From Scyliorhinus canicula (taxonomy: Eukaryota), in NCBI RefSeq assembly GCF_902713615.1, contig NC_052156.1:52605631-52669630 (forward strand): a stretch of DNA of 64,000 nucleotides. The letters run 5' to 3'. The notes under the pieces were generated by a model. The model searched no databases. It was given only the letters and a program-made list of their open reading frames with translations, and had not been told where the DNA came from. A program made the translations under genes and the position numbers. Of the stretch, positions 62,385 to 64,000 are shown in pieces (within the stretch, counting starts at the first letter, position 1; every line of letters starts with the position of its first letter).

Positions 62385-64000
62385 GTGTCACATCATCTGT
62401 GGAGTGAAAAAAAACGATACATTAGTCAGACATCAAAAAATATTACACGTGTGGAGATCAAAAAGAGAATATTGCTGCACATACTGACATGGATTTCGTA
62501 ATCAGTGGCGAACAAAAGCGGTGCTAGCCATTGATTACGCTTATATTTGCTCACAGCCCTTTTGTGGGTTTTTGCACTGGACTTTGTGATTACTATAAAT
62601 CAAAAATAGCACAGCAGCTTCGATAGGGTACTTGGCTCCTTGTGAACAGGGCAAACAACACAGTATATCCTTAACTTAATTGGCTTTAATAACACTTACT
62701 GAGGCATGCATGTGGTGAAATTTGTTTGCGTAGTCAATAATACCAATGAAGAAAGCTATGCAGGCTGGCCAGGTAGCGACCCGACCACAGGGCACTATCA
62801 TATACCCCAATAGGAAAGGATATACACAAGTCAACTTCGCTCTCACAGGCCCTAACCGGTAACTATAACTCAGAATATTTAATTCGATGTTAAATTATAA
62901 CAGAAAGCAAAAGGAGATAGAAAGAAGGTGGGATTGAGAGAGATAAAGAGATTAGAAAGAAAATGTAAAATAAGTTACTCACTTCTTAATTTTTAACAAC
63001 CTCCAATAATAATTAAAATCTGAAAGAATGAGATTTTGTACTTCTAAAAGTTAATGTTTAGTGCCAGGGAGCAAAAATTTGCTTACACTAGAATGGATAA
63101 CCCCTAACTTTCTCTGCTCTGTTTATTGGATCAGCTTTGTATCTTCACATATTCCAAACGTTTCAATGCTAAAACTCTCAGCAGGATACTGGTTTAAAGA
63201 AGCATCTCCACAAGCAGATCAACTCAGACACCAATGCCCTGAGTTTTGCACAGATGACAGTAGTTTCTGACTGATTTGCTCTTTGATCACAGTCCGTGCT
63301 GTTAGTTTCAGCATTATTGCTTCTGCCAAATCCAGCTGAACTGCACAGAATCAAATCAGCTGCCGAATTCAGAAATCGCACTGTTTGGCAAATTGACCAA
63401 CTTTCTCGTGAAAAATAGGTGCGATTTGTACACATCCTGGCTAAAACGGTTAACAAATGGGACCGAACGACAGTAGCCTTTAAACTTAATGTTTCTCCAA
63501 GCACTGCGATGAGATAGACTGAATGAAAATGATTTCTTATTTGGCTATAAAAAGGCTCAAAAGTCTGTCAAAAACATGGACATATGGACTTCACGTTCCA
63601 AAATCTAAAGTACTGCATCTGCTAATTCTGCAAAAAGGTGGTGCTATTTGCTCCTCGGGGTGTAATAAACCGTGAGCCATAGTAGTGTAAAACAAATCAG
63701 CACTGTAATGGCAAATGCCTTTTGCCATGTGAGAGATAAAGGTGTACTCTGGACTCTGAAATTAGGTGCTTCATCACAACTAAATTGGCCCAAGGAATCC
63801 TGATGGTTCAGTTGACTTTCAAAACAGTCAATTATTTGATTTTAAGTCTGGCAGAAAGCGTCTTTATTGCTCTGTGTAACCTTGCAGATGACTGTTTTTG
63901 TGGAAACCTAGCAGTGTGGGAAGATTCACAGCGTCCTCCATTTGGTGCTGTCTTTGTTGTTGTCCACTGAGGTGTTATTGTCTGTCATTATAATAGACAC

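Overview
Vertebrate nuclear DNA, most likely a shark (catshark-like). The species is inferred from HE1-type V-SINEs, a HER1/CR1 (TTCTATG)n tail and SacSINE1-like DeuSINEs. I recognise no host protein-coding exon, rRNA, tRNA or CRISPR array; the window looks intronic or intergenic. Much of it is nested transposable elements, with AT-rich unique stretches in between. The elements are: L1-clade LINEs, CR1, L2, RTE and Rex/Babar fragments, Gypsy internal remnants and solo LTRs, hAT MITEs, several PIF/Harbinger relics (HARBI1-like transposase plus NAIF1-like Myb/SANT gene) with their MITEs, and Penelope-derived fold-back elements carrying minimal hammerhead-ribozyme cores. Most ORFs in the six-frame track are TE-derived or spurious. 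The strongest leads are four. (1) One HE1 SINE head occurs with three different 3' tails, apparently matching three LINE partners; the poly-A form has L1-type TSDs. (2) A 1.9-kb doubly deleted L1 has a perfect 17-bp TSD. (3) An L1 3' piece is inserted antisense into an L1 lacking nearly the same part. (4) Palindromic hammerhead-bearing Penelope mini-elements are present. I cannot claim a new biological system from sequence alone. Family names come from recalled consensus motifs, not searches. Coordinates not anchored on a TSD or TIR are approximate (tens of bp).
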